Shown here piece after piece: positions 1 to 11,880 of a DNA stretch of 64,000 nt; position 1 is the first letter of the stretch; every line of letters starts with the position of its first letter. The notes beneath the pieces were generated by a model that was not told the origin of the DNA, did not search any database, and was given only the letters and a program-made list of their open reading frames with translations. Origin of the DNA: Octopus sinensis (Eukaryota); the NCBI RefSeq assembly GCF_006345805.1, contig NC_043017.1:22630001-22694000 (forward strand), in the 5' to 3' direction. A program made the translations under genes and the position numbers.

Positions 1-218
1 TATATACATATATATATATATATACATACATATATACATATATATACATATATATATATATACATACATATATATCATATATATATACATACATATATAC
101 ATATATATATATATACATATATATATATACATATATATATACATATATATATACATACATATATATACATATATATATACATATATATATACATAATATA
201 TACTATATATATACATAC

Positions 219-255
<37 letters not shown>

Positions 256-304
256 CATACATATATATATACATACATATATATATACATATATATATAC
301 AGAC

Positions 305-368
<64 letters not shown>

Positions 369-389
369 TACATATATATATATATATAT

Positions 390-421
<32 letters not shown>
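1..421. repeat. (TA)n/(TACA)n compound microsatellite
   Basis: Almost pure TA/TACA repeats. Confidence 0.95.
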
Positions 422-507
422 GTAGGTCCCGGTTGACCAGGGTTAACCACAGTAAGTAAGGTACTCATATACATAGCAGAGTAAAATTAATATTTATTAT
501 ATGAAGG

Positions 508-558
508 AGCTTCTACAGGACTAGTACTGTTTCATTCAAGAGAAATCTTCAGGAAGAT
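508..558 (-). ncRNA. Type I hammerhead ribozyme-like motif (left arm copy)
   Basis: Minus strand AUCUUC CUGAAGA U UUC-UCUU-GAA U GAAA CAG-UACUAGUC-CUG UA GAAGCU. Canonical core, 4-bp stem III, GUA site, 4-bp stem I. Confidence 0.65.
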
Positions 559-916
559 TTAACAAGAATTGTATTAGCATTTATACATTAGGCAGGTTTA
601 AGGAGTGGTGGTGGGGGACTTTTTTGGGGTAGGCATAGCGCAATATCATACTTGGGGGAGTGGTCAGGAGTCAGTGGTAAGTTAGGTGAAAGAATAGATA
701 AATAAAAAAATAAAAAAATAAAAAATAAAAAATAAAAAATAAAAAATAAAAAATAAAAAATAAAAAATAAAAAAATAAAAATAAAATGTGTGCACATACA
801 TACATAAACACATATACATACACACACACATACGTACACATGTGTGCCTATACATACCTACACATACACACATACACATACATATATATATACATATACA
901 TATATACACACATATA

Positions 917-961
<45 letters not shown>

Positions 962-1835
962 TATATACACAATCCAATACAGGCCCATTCCCTAATTTTA
1001 ATTTTATTATCTTCATTTATTACTTTTGTTATCTTTGATCGCTAGAGCTAAGGATCCTGGCGATGGCAGCATGTCCAAATTGTCTGTCTACTAGAAGGCA
1101 AGTACTCGTTCCCGCACGCACCTCATTAGCACGTACTACACCCCATTCGTACACTCATACACATACACGTACGCACGCTTTATATTCATACATACAAACA
1201 TCTACATACGTTCACGTATATACACATACGTACTCGTACCTACAGATTCATGTCTACACTTTAGGAGGCTAGTCTATATATATACACCAATAAATATACA
1301 ATATATATATACATATAACACTATATATAATATATATATACACATACACACACACACACACACATATATATACTCCTACATACAGATACATACCTATATA
1401 TATATATATATATATCCCACACATACATGTACATATACACATATATACCATACATACATATATATATATATATACATATATTATATATATATATAGAAAT
1501 ACATATACATATATACATACATACATACTACATACACACACACCCTATATATACACACACATACATACACATATATATACATACACAAACATATATACAC
1601 ATCTATATATATATACATATATACACACATACATACACACCCCTACATACATAACACACGTATGTATGTTTACGTACGTATGTGTTTTTGTGTATATGTA
1701 TGTAGGTTGTGTATGTATGTGTGTTATATGTATATATATATATATGTGTGTATATTGTTTGTGTATGTATATATATGTGTATGTATGTGTGTGTATATAT
1801 ATGGGTGTGTGTGTATGTATGTATGTATGTATATG

Positions 1836-1868
<33 letters not shown>

Positions 1869-1918
1869 ATATGTATAATATATATATGTATGTATGTGTA
1901 TATATGTGTATATGTACA

Positions 1919-1950
<32 letters not shown>

Positions 1951-2384
1951 GGTATGTATCTGTAATGTAGGAGTATATATATGTTTGGTGTGTGTGTAGG
2001 TGTATATATATCTATATATATATGTGTATATATGTATATATATATGTATATTTATTGGTGTATATATATAGACTAGCCTCCTAAAGTGTAGACATGAATC
2101 TGTATGTACGAGTACGTATGTTTATATACGTGAACGTATGTAGATTTTGTATGTATGAATATAAAGCGTGCGTACGTGTATGTGTATGAGTGTACGAAGG
2201 GTGTATGTACGTGCTAATGAGTGTGCGTGCGGGAACGAGTACTTGCTTCTAGTAGACAGACATTTGGACATGCTGCCATCGCCAGGATCCTTAGCTCTAG
2301 CGATCAAGATAACAAAAGTAATATGAAGATAATAAAATTAAAATTAGGAATGGGCCTGTATTGGATTGTGTATATATATATGTG

Positions 2385-2428
<44 letters not shown>

Positions 2429-2780
2429 TGTGTGTATATATGTTATGTATATATATGTATGTGTATGTGTGTATGTGTAGGTATGTATAGGCAACACAGT
2501 GTACGTATGTGGTGTGTATGTATAGTGTTTATGTATGTATGTGCACACATTTTATTTTTATTTTTTTATTTTTTTATTTTTTATTTTTTATTTTTATTTT
2601 TATTTTTATTTTTTATTTTTTTATTTTTTTATTTATCTATTCTTTCACCTAACTTACCACTGACTCCTTGACCACTCCCCAAGTATGATATTTTGCGCTA
2701 TGCCTACCCCCAAAAAAGTCCCCCACCACCACTCCTTTAAACTGCCTAAATGTATAAATGCTAATACAATTCTTGTTAAT

Positions 2781-2831
2781 AGCTTCCTGAAGATTTCTCT
2801 TGAATAAAACAGTACTAGTCCTGTAGAAGCT
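2781..2831 (+). ncRNA. Type I hammerhead ribozyme-like motif (right arm copy)
   Basis: AGCUUC CUGAAGA ... AAAA CAG-UACUAGUC-CUG UA GAAGCU. 6-bp stem I; G12 reads A in this copy. Confidence 0.55.
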
Positions 2832-2879
2832 CCTTCTATATAATAAATAAACATATATATATATATATATATAATATAT

Positions 2880-2915
<36 letters not shown>

Positions 2916-3035
2916 CATATGTATGTATAGCTATATATATATTCATATATATATATACATATGTGTATATTATATATTATACATATATATATATACATAT
3001 GTATGTATATATATATATATACATATCTAGATACG

Positions 3036-3081
<46 letters not shown>

Positions 3082-3142
3082 TATACATATGTCATTATAT
3101 ATATATATTATATATATATATATATTATATTACAGAGAGAGA

Positions 3143-3502
3143 TACAGGTGTGGTTGTATGGTTGATTTTGCTCCACAAGCACAAGATTCTGGATTCAGTT
3201 TCACTGCATGGCACCTTGGTCATTGCTTTCCACTATAGCTTCAAGCCAAACAAGAACTTGTAAGCAGATTTGGTAGACGGAAACTGAAAGAAGCCCTTTA
3301 TACATGTGTATATACATATATATGCCTATGAGTGTCTTTGTCTTTGTCCCCCACCAGCACTTGACAACTGATGTTGCTGTGTTTATGCCTCCATAACTTA
3401 GTGGTTCAGCAAAAGAGACTGATACTATAAGTACCAGGCTTGAAAAAAGTAAGTACAGGGCTCAGTTCATTCGACTAAAATCCCTCAAGGAGCTGCTCCA
3501 TG
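3143..3502 (+). mobile_element. SINE family A, degraded
   Basis: Shares gatttggtagacggaaactgaaagaagccc and the central block with other A copies. Confidence 0.75.
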
Positions 3503-3860
3503 AACTTTAAAAATGCATTTACATCTATGTAACCAGAATAGAAAAATCTTCGAAATTCCAATTTTAATAGATTTTCATGACAATCTGGCTTTTATGATCC
3601 CTCTTTTAAGACAGTTCTCAGCTAAATAATTAAACCAGAAAAACAAATCTTAATTCAGCATGATATCTGCTTCCTCTCTTTCTGTCGTGCTTTCCATTTC
3701 TTATCTTTACAAGACCATTTATCTTGTGTATCCTACCAAAAACGTGTTTTATTTTTAATGAGCACCATTCTCATCAACTATCTTTTTTTGCAGAAACTGA
3801 AGCATGCATGATTGGAACAGCAGACTGCCGCTGAGTGTGAGACAAGCAAGCAAGCACACA

Positions 3861-3904
<44 letters not shown>

Positions 3905-3924
3905 GACAGACAGACACACCACAC

Positions 3925-3962
<38 letters not shown>

Positions 3963-4423
3963 GCAGTGAGTCTCAAATTCAAGCACTCTTTCTCTGTGTA
4001 ATGTGTGTGTGTCAGTAATTAACACAAGACAACCGGCAAAAGCCTATCAGACTGCACTGTTTGAAGCGACCCCTTGCAGTGCTTCTTATTTTGAAGCGCT
4101 TCACTGAGAGAGAAGGTCTTTGACATTTCTTTTTCATTTTGTGACCAGTTTCATTCCTGTTATTTTATTCAACCAACCTGTACTCCTCTTTTACTTCCCT
4201 TTACCTCCAGCCTGCAGGCTTCTCTTTCTCTCCTTCTGTGTGTGCATGTGTATGCATGTGTGTGTGTGTGTTTGTGTGTGTGGTGTGTGTGTATGCATAT
4301 GTATATATGTGTTTGTGTGTGTGTGTATGTGTATCACTTGATTGATTGATCAACTGTCGTACAGCCTTGGCCACGAGGACAAAGAGCAAGCTTCAGAAAA
4401 TCTAAAAGTGCAGGAATTTATAT

Positions 4424-4822
4424 ATTTCTTTATTGCCCACAAGGGGCTAAACATAGGAAGGACAAACAAGGACAGATAAAGGGATTAAGTCGATTACATC
4501 GACCCCAGTGCATAACTGGTACTTATTTAATTGACCCCGAAAGGGTGAAAGGCAAAGTTGACCTCAGCGGAATTTGAACTCAGAACGTAACAGCAGATGA
4601 AATACCTATTTCTTTATTACCCACAAGGGGCTAAACATAGAGGGGACAAACAAAGACAGACATAGGTATTAAGTCGATTACATCGACCCCAGTGCGTAAC
4701 TGGTACTTAATTTATCGACCCCGAAAGGGTGAAAGGCAAAGTTGACCTCAGTGAAATTTGAACTCAGAACGTAACGGCAGATGAAATACCGCTAAGCACT
4801 TTGCCTGGTGTGCTAATGATTC
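4424..4822 (-). mobile_element. SINE family B (B1 tail), tandem dimer
   Basis: Two direct units joined at gaaatacc|tatttctttattac (4606/4607). Confidence 0.85.
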
Positions 4823-5769
4823 TTGTGTATACATTATATGTGTGTATGTGTGTGTGTGTGTAAAACTAAAAACTTGGCATTCTACTGGTTATGATGACAA
4901 ATGTTCCAGTTCACCCAATCAACAGAACACCCAGCTCATGAAATTAACATGCAAGTGGACTTCTTTCTTGCTAAAACCTGATATATAACAACAGAACCCT
5001 TAGCCCTAAACCCAAACTGTAACCCTAAATTCTATCCTATGATATATATCAAAAAGTGCATTATACTTCATTGAATAATTCCTACATGCACAAAAACCGA
5101 AACTGAACCTGTCAAGTTTTCATTATCAAAATTTTCTATTTGGGATTTTGAAGTCCCTGATTCCCATATTTTTTATTCACATATTCCATGTAATAAACTA
5201 GATGTGTGGCAGAAAAGAGAAAAGCAGGTGTAATTGAATAATTTATAAAGCTGTATTTCACTCGTAAGTTACTTCTTGCTAACAAGAAATGAAATCTCTT
5301 CACTTTAAATGGAAGTCACATGAATCGCGCTAGTTATGAAAGCAATAAACCGAGACAGCTCAATTAGGCAGCACTGCAGTAGGTAGGGCAATCGACTGAA
5401 TAATTGACTAGTTGCATGGTTTGCCTTGGGGCTTTCAATTAAGTTCTTACCAAATACACACACACACACACGTATATTGTTCGTATTTTCTGTAATATTT
5501 ACTTATTTATTTTAGATTTCTGCCATTTTTATTGCCCAGGATAGGAGTACAATACCAAACTAAATGCATTGCATCACACCAACATTGCAATATATATGAG
5601 CTAAGCAGAAGTAGCTTTTAAAGGATTGAATGACCTACTAGAAATAGCAACCAAAATCTCCCTCAAATTACACCCCCACTTTTACTATATAGAGAGACCA
5701 ACCAGACTATCAGATGTTGTTACACATCGCTGGTCACAATGTGCTTTGCATTGCTTTAGCCTCCGAACG

Positions 5770-5942
5770 ATGCCATCCCATCGGCTAGGCAAGCAGGCCA
5801 ACATTCCCCCCTTGATTGAAGGGAGCAACATGAAGTGAAGTGCTTCACTCAAAAACACAATGTACCACCAGGTCTGGGAATTGAACACACAATCTAGTAA
5901 TCATGAGTGTGACACCCTAACCACTAGGCCAAACACCTTCAC
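5770..5942 (-). mobile_element. tRNA-headed SINE family D, 5' fragment
   Basis: Minus strand ggcctagtggttagggtg ... gttcaattcccagacc gives A/B-box-like motifs; similar to 10560-10893. Confidence 0.6.
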
Positions 5943-5963
5943 AATATATATATATATATATAT

Positions 5964-6357
5964 ATAGGCGTAGGAGTGGCTGTGTGGTAAGTAGCTTGCT
6001 TACGAACCACATGGTTCCGGGTTCAGTCCCACTGCGTGGCACCTTGGGCAAGTGTCTTCTGCTATAGCCTCGGGCCGACCAAAGCCTTGTGAGTGGATTT
6101 GGTAGACGGAAACTGAAAGAAGCCCGTTGTATATATGTATATATATATGTGTGTATGTTTGTGTGTTGTGTTTTCCCCCCTCCCCCAACATCGCTTGACA
6201 ACTGATGCTGGTGTGTTTACATCCCCGTAACTTAGTGGTTCAGCAAAAGAGACTGATAGAATAAGTACTAGGCTTACAAAGAATAAGTCCCGGGGTCGAT
6301 TTCCTCGACTAAAGGCGGTGCTCCAGCATGGCCGCAGTCAAATGACTGAAACAAGTT
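5964..6357 (+). mobile_element. SINE family A, full length (~400 bp, internal TA/TG microsatellite)
   Basis: Head gtaggagtggctgtgtggtaag...ggttcagtccc (A/B-box-like); tail ggcggtgctccagcatggccgcagtcaaatgactgaaacaag. Confidence 0.9.
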
Positions 6358-6408
6358 AATGAATAAATGAAAAAAAAAATGAATATATATATATATATGG
6401 TTCAAAAT

Positions 6409-6568
6409 TATTCAAACAACTAAAGACAGAGACAAGTAAGGAAACAAACAAACAAGGTATATTAGTTTGACACTCAGGAGTTTCAAGCTTTTGTTTTTCT
6501 ACAGAATGAAATGAGGAGAGAAGATAAATGGAGAGAGGAAAAACGAAAAAGAAATGGTACCTGTTGAA
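6409..6568 (-). mobile_element. Degraded TA-embedded module of the 19.7/36.7 kb family
   Basis: aaacaaacaaggtatattag..cactcagga and tttcaagcttttgtttttctacagaa align to the 19.7/36.7 kb copies. Confidence 0.55.
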
Positions 6569-6774
6569 TATATATAATATATGAAATGTTTTGGTATCCA
6601 GAAGATCCAAAAGGCAGGTAAGGCTATGCAAGTGCTATGGAAGGACTGCTGTTAAGCTCCTGGTTCAATAATAGCATGTGAAGTCTAAGGTAGGTTGTGT
6701 GTGAGTGTGTATATGTCAAATAAAATATGATAACAAGGCCAAGGCAATTTGATATTTGATAAGTAGAAAGGTGG

Positions 6775-6817
6775 TCTTACGGCAGTTTCGGGGAAATAAA
6801 TACCCCATCATCAGAGA
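6775..6817 (-). ncRNA. Minimal type I hammerhead ribozyme-like motif
   Basis: Minus strand UCU CUGAUGA U GGGG-UAUUUAUUU-CCCC GAAA C-UGCC-G UA AGA. Canonical core, 4-bp GC stem II, GUA site, 3-bp stem I. Confidence 0.7.
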
Positions 6818-7136
6818 TGAGTTAAAAGAGCTTCATTAGAAAGAATTAGTACAGTTCATTATTTTATAAGTTATTCTGGAGAGATACACAAGAAATTTGA
6901 TATAATGCAGAAAATATAAAAGGAAAACATACATACATACATACACATACATACATACATATATATATATATATACCAATTAAGGACTGAACACGAAAAG
7001 GTGGACAGTCAACATGCTAGATATAGACGTCAAATCGCCATTCTCCACAAAGATTTTGTTCTCAAATAAAAATAAAATTCAGCACGACCTAAAGCAATGG
7101 ATGAGACAAAAGAAAAATACTAAATGGAATAATTAC

Positions 7137-7196
7137 CTACGTACTGCAGTTTCAGCTATTAATATCACAAGGATATCTGTAACTTCATCAGCGTAG
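7137..7196 (-). ncRNA. Minimal type I hammerhead ribozyme, intact consensus
   Basis: Minus strand CUACG CUGAUGA AGUUA-CA-GAUAUC-CUUGU-GAUAUU-AA-UAGCU GAAA CUGCAG UA CGUAG. Perfect 5-bp stem I and palindromic stem III ACUGCAGU. Predicted cut between 7142 and 7141. Confidence 0.85.
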
Positions 7197-7216
7197 TTTG
7201 TTATGAGCATAATATG

Positions 7217-7274
<58 letters not shown>

Positions 7275-7289
7275 AGAAAGTAAAGAGTA

Positions 7290-7497
7290 AAAAATCCTTC
7301 TGGTTGCAAATGGCCATGGGATTGCACCTAGAATGTTACGCTCCGAAGCACAAGTCTGAGCATGATTGTTTATGGAAGACCAGCAGTTGGCCATGCATAC
7401 CAGCCTCCCCTCTCCACACCACCAGTGTTGCCCAAGGGAAAGGCAAAGGCCAATCCAGTTCGGTACCAATAATGTTGCAACTCATTTCTACAGCTGA
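7290..7497 (-). mobile_element. SINE family D, 3' part
   Basis: Aligns with 10560-10770 (ccatgggattgcacctagaa ... caactcatttctacagctgag). Confidence 0.75.
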
Positions 7498-7500
7498 GGG

Positions 7501-7604
7501 GCCAAGATCAAGATCTTCCCAGGGAGACAGTGAGGAATGCATGTGCCAGGTGCCTGAATCATCTGAAAGTCATGGTGGAAGCCGAGGACAGCTACTTTGA
7601 ATAA
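7501..7604 (+). pseudogene. Tc1/mariner-like transposase C-terminal fragment
   Basis: Translates DLPRETVRNACARCLNHLKVMVEAEDSYFE*, resembling the usual Tc1 ending (AC.rf..rl..v.ea.G.yfe*). Confidence 0.55.
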
Positions 7605-7821
7605 ACGGTCATCTCTCAGCCATAATCTAATTGGTATTTTTTAATTTTTTAAATAACACTTTTATTTTTGGATAGAATACTGTGCTTCCTTTTCCTTTTT
7701 TGTAAGCTGTCAAATAGCATAACCCCTTTGTATGTGGTTTAGGCAATATTATATATGTTGATCTCTGAAGATAATGTCCCTTACAAGTTGACACAAAATA
7801 AAAACCTTTACACTCTTAATA

Positions 7822-7962
7822 TTAGGTTGTCCCAAAAGTTCGTAAACACTTGCGAAAATTGAATTTTTACTCGCCAAGTACTAACAAAAACAACAAAAAT
7901 TATTCCTCAAAATAAAGACCATTATTTTCCAAGACTTTCTACGAACTTTTGGGACAACCTTA
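7822..7962. mobile_element. mariner-type MITE
   Basis: 23-bp TIRs ttaggttgtcccaaaagttcgta / tacgaacttttgggacaacctta (22/23 match), flanked by TA on both sides. Confidence 0.9.
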
Positions 7963-8909
7963 TATACATACATGTGTAGGTATCTGTACACCCAGACATG
8001 TGTGGATGGATGTGTATCCAAACACCCTATATTTTGAGTGCATCATGGCCAGATGCTTATGGTTCTGTTTCCATTCTTGCCAGATAATACATTTGGCAAG
8101 TATCTTCTACCATACAGCCCTGTTAGTGAAAACTTGAAAACAAAAAATTGTGTCAAAGTTCATCAGATGAGCTGTAATAGTAATTTCTATGCTCCTGGAC
8201 ACACACATTGTCAAGCTGATTTTACATGAGCATTACATAGCAATACTAACATCTGTATAATACTCCGTCTTCAACACAAAAATACAGTGGATAGGCAGTT
8301 CTGTTAATAGAACATCAAGAACACTGTTTATTGAAACTAACGTGGCCACCACCACCACGAATGATAAAATCAATCCATTTTGATCTGTACTTTTCCAACA
8401 CCCAGACATACAAAGACTCATTTATTTTGCTTTGATAATGTCCAGTAAAACCAGCACAAACTTAAATGCAATAAGGTTAGGTTTCCAGGGAATTTTCGCA
8501 ATAAATTTTACCACCAGCCATTATTGTTTTTGACTGCAATCCATTGCTGGCTGGTTACTAAACTGTGTGCAAGAATGTGTTCATGCATCACAAAGTGCAA
8601 GCATATTAAAGTGAGACATGGGCTAATGCATCTGTAAGTGCAGACAGAATGTGTATATATATTTACATGCACACATATATACATACAGAAGGAGAGGGGA
8701 GAGGAACGAAAAAGAGCAAGCATTGCATTCAGTTCCCTTAGCCACCACTGTTGCACGTGTGTGTCTGTGTATGTACATATATATATGTGTGTAAGAGTGT
8801 GTATACACATATATTTGTGTGTGTGTGTGTGTATACAGACACATTTGTGCGTATGTATATGTTTATATATATGTAATAAATATACACACATTTGTGTGTG
8901 TGTGTATTG

Positions 8910-8944
<35 letters not shown>

Positions 8945-10559
8945 CTTTTACCATTTTGGCACTTGCTCTGATAGACTAAGTAAATGAGGGGGCAAATATA
9001 TAGCCTGTTGTAAAGTTTTGAGAAGCCACAGAGATCAATTGGGTATCATTACAAGAATTCATCCATGGTGGTTACTGAGGGTGGGAAAAGAAAAGAAAAA
9101 GAAAAAGAGGGAAGAAGAAAAAGAAAAGAAAGAAAACATTGATCAAACTAAAGGAAGAATTTCAATGAAGAAACTCATGTAAATGAAATATAATAGAGCT
9201 GCTACAGAAAAATCATGATGCCGGCAGGATGTTGGATGTATTAATGAGACTGGACACTATGCAACAATAGGAAATGCTAAGTCAAAGACAATGAGATGAA
9301 GCCTAACAGACCAAAGAATCGCTTCATGAAAGAACCTACACAATTTCTTGGCACAAACTTGAAGAGAAAGGTCTTAACATAGTAAAGAGAACATAACAAA
9401 TTCCCTAATTGCATAAAAACATGAATGCATGTAATATTTATAGTGTATGCATGTCTGCAAGAGCTTATATGCATATACGTAAATCCATATTCAGATTGGA
9501 TCATGTGTAAGTTTCATGTGTGAAGGCACACTGCACAAACTGCAGCTATACAGTTACACACATATGCACACACGTGTGTGTGTGTGTGTGTGGCATGCAC
9601 TTGGGAATATATTTAAATAAATATACATACGTGAGTATCTGTGCCTATTCATGTTTAAACTAGACACAAATATGTACATATATATGTATGTATATGTATA
9701 TATATATACATATATAATGTTTCTGTGGATAGGCAATCAGACAGATAGATTTATATACAGCACAATAGGACATATTGTGAATGGCAGCATTATATACATG
9801 TACATGCATACACACACAAACACAAGCACACATGCGCATATACATGCAAACGCGCACACACACACATCTACACATACATACACACATATATGCATGCATA
9901 GATATACATGTATACAAGTAACTTGTCAGTATTTTCAGAACAATGAATCAAACATATCTGTCCAAGATGCTTATATAAGAAAAGAAGCTCTGGAGAATCA
10001 CTAACAAGAAATAAAAATGAAAGACAGAGATAAAGAAAAAAATTAATCTAAATGGTAACAAACACATGAGTAAGGAAGCAACCTAAAAATCTTCCCCCTC
10101 TCTCTCTCTCACTCTCTCTCTCTTTAATTGGTTCTATAATGTTTAACTGATTTCATTCATTGAAATTCAGTTATGTTGGAGTGTAGAGGCCACCCAGTGT
10201 GTGTCTATACATGCCAAGTCACTAAGACAGGTATATGTAAATATAAGATTTTTCTTATTTAGAAACTTTAAAAATGAAACGTTTTTATGTAAAACAAACA
10301 TTAATTAATAGAGGAACAAAATCACTCACACTGATATAACAGATGCAACAGAAAATACACAACTGATATATATATATATATGAATTTATATAAATTTGCA
10401 ACCATTTAGCCAACCATTGCAATGTACTAATTTCAATGTAATCATGAAAGTTATCAACTTTGTCACTCAAACTGTTACATTAGACATACAGTATGATACT
10501 CTCTTGCTGGTTGACCATGTTTTTGCAATAAGGAATCATTGTAATTCATTTTAACAGAG

Positions 10560-10893
10560 TAAAGGATCCCCTTCGGTCATGAAAGACCATGGGATTGCAC
10601 CTAGAAAGTTCCCTTCAAAGGTACAAGTCTGGGCAAAGTTGTTTATGGAAGACCAGCAGTCACCCATGCATACCAACCTTCCCTCTCCATGCCACCGATG
10701 TTATCCAAGGAAAAGGCAAAGGGGCCGATACAGCTTTGTACCAGTGATGATGGCAACTCATTTCTACAGCTGAGTGAACTGGAGCAACATGAAAATAAAG
10801 TAACTTGCTCAAGAACACAACACAGCCCAGTCCGGGAATTGAACTCACTATCTCATGATCATGAGCCCAATGCTCTAACCACTGAGCCATGCA
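10560..10893 (-). mobile_element. tRNA-headed SINE family D, near full length
   Basis: Minus-strand head gcatggctcagtggttagagc (A box) ... gtgagttcaattcccgg (B box); ends gggatcctttac. Confidence 0.85.
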
Positions 10894-11619
10894 CCTAGAA
10901 AAGCATTAGATGATTGCATTACAATTTCATATAAAATTCCACAATATTTTGGAAGACTAATAATGGAATAATTTTAAAAAAATTTATAAGTAAAATATGA
11001 AACAAAATTCAATGCACAGGTAAAGCACACATGAAATAAACCATTAACTCTTAGGCTTAACTGTTGAATAATTTTAAAATCCAGCTGTGATGATTTTATT
11101 AGTTATAACAATATTTTCAATACTATCATCATTCCATTCTGGTGATGAAACTGAGAAGATTTTGAAATATTAATGGTCTCGTCAATTTAATAATTAGTTA
11201 CACACCTAACGTAAAGGATTGATAAAAGAGATACTGAATATCCTTGACATAAAAACTGCCAACGCTCAGCTGTTTCCAGGTAAGGCAATATTTCTCCATG
11301 ATGAAACATGTTTTCATAAAAGACTAGAAGTAAGAGACATCACTCGTCTCTAACCATTAGAATAAAATTTTAGAATATTAGAATAACCATTAGAATTAAA
11401 TTTTAGATAGAATAAAATAACCATCGCATGACAAGGAGACACAAACATACCTACACACACACGGATACAATAGTTTTCATATGCAATTTCACTCACAAGG
11501 TTTAAGTCTATAGAGAAGTACACTTGCTCAAGGGCCACAAGTAGGACTGAATCCAAAACAAGGTGGTTGGGTAGGTAGACCAAAATAAGTGTTATACCCA
11601 AGGTTTATTCTACATCAGT

Positions 11620-11880
11620 TGAGTGCATGTGGCCAAGTGGTTAGGGAGTGGCACTCAGGATCATGAGATTGTGGTTTCAATTCCTGGACTGGTTGGTGTG
11701 TTGCATTTTTGAGCAAAACACTTCATCTTGCATTTGCTCTGCAATCACTTCAACACATGACATATGTTAGACTGTGCTCTTGTTCAGGCAACCTAGATTT
11801 GACAGAGAGAGTAAGTTTATGTACAGCACATTCGGTTGCTATAAGCAAATCATTTGTGCAAGTTGTTTGGCAATAAATTG
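11620..11880 (+). mobile_element. SINE family D-related, degraded
   Basis: gtggccaagtggttaggg ... ggtttcaattcctgg ... ttgagcaaaacacttcatct. Confidence 0.65.

Larger units (their letters stand above)
490..2850. repeat. ~2.4 kb spacer-less palindrome centred near 1670
   Basis: 490-1660 is the reverse complement of ~1680-2850, including unique islands: ctagtc 1269-1274 mirrors gactag 2071-2076, and 508 mirrors 2831. Differences are mostly homopolymer indels. Confidence 0.9.

Noticed and set aside
1052-1090. CTGGCGA..GG..CC AAA TGTC, hammerhead-like
   Set aside because: The core and GAAA are both altered and there is no stem I pairing.
75-3263. Many 60-144 aa ORFs (MYIYIY..., HTHT...)
   Set aside because: They are translations of TA/CA microsatellites; the same applies to similar ORFs across the window.
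8130-8170. CUGAUGA followed by a hairpin on the minus strand
   Set aside because: No GAAA or NUH after the stem.
10820-10893. tRNA-like sequence with A and B boxes
   Set aside because: It is the head of SINE D with no complete cloverleaf. No true tRNA, rRNA or CRISPR array was seen in the window.
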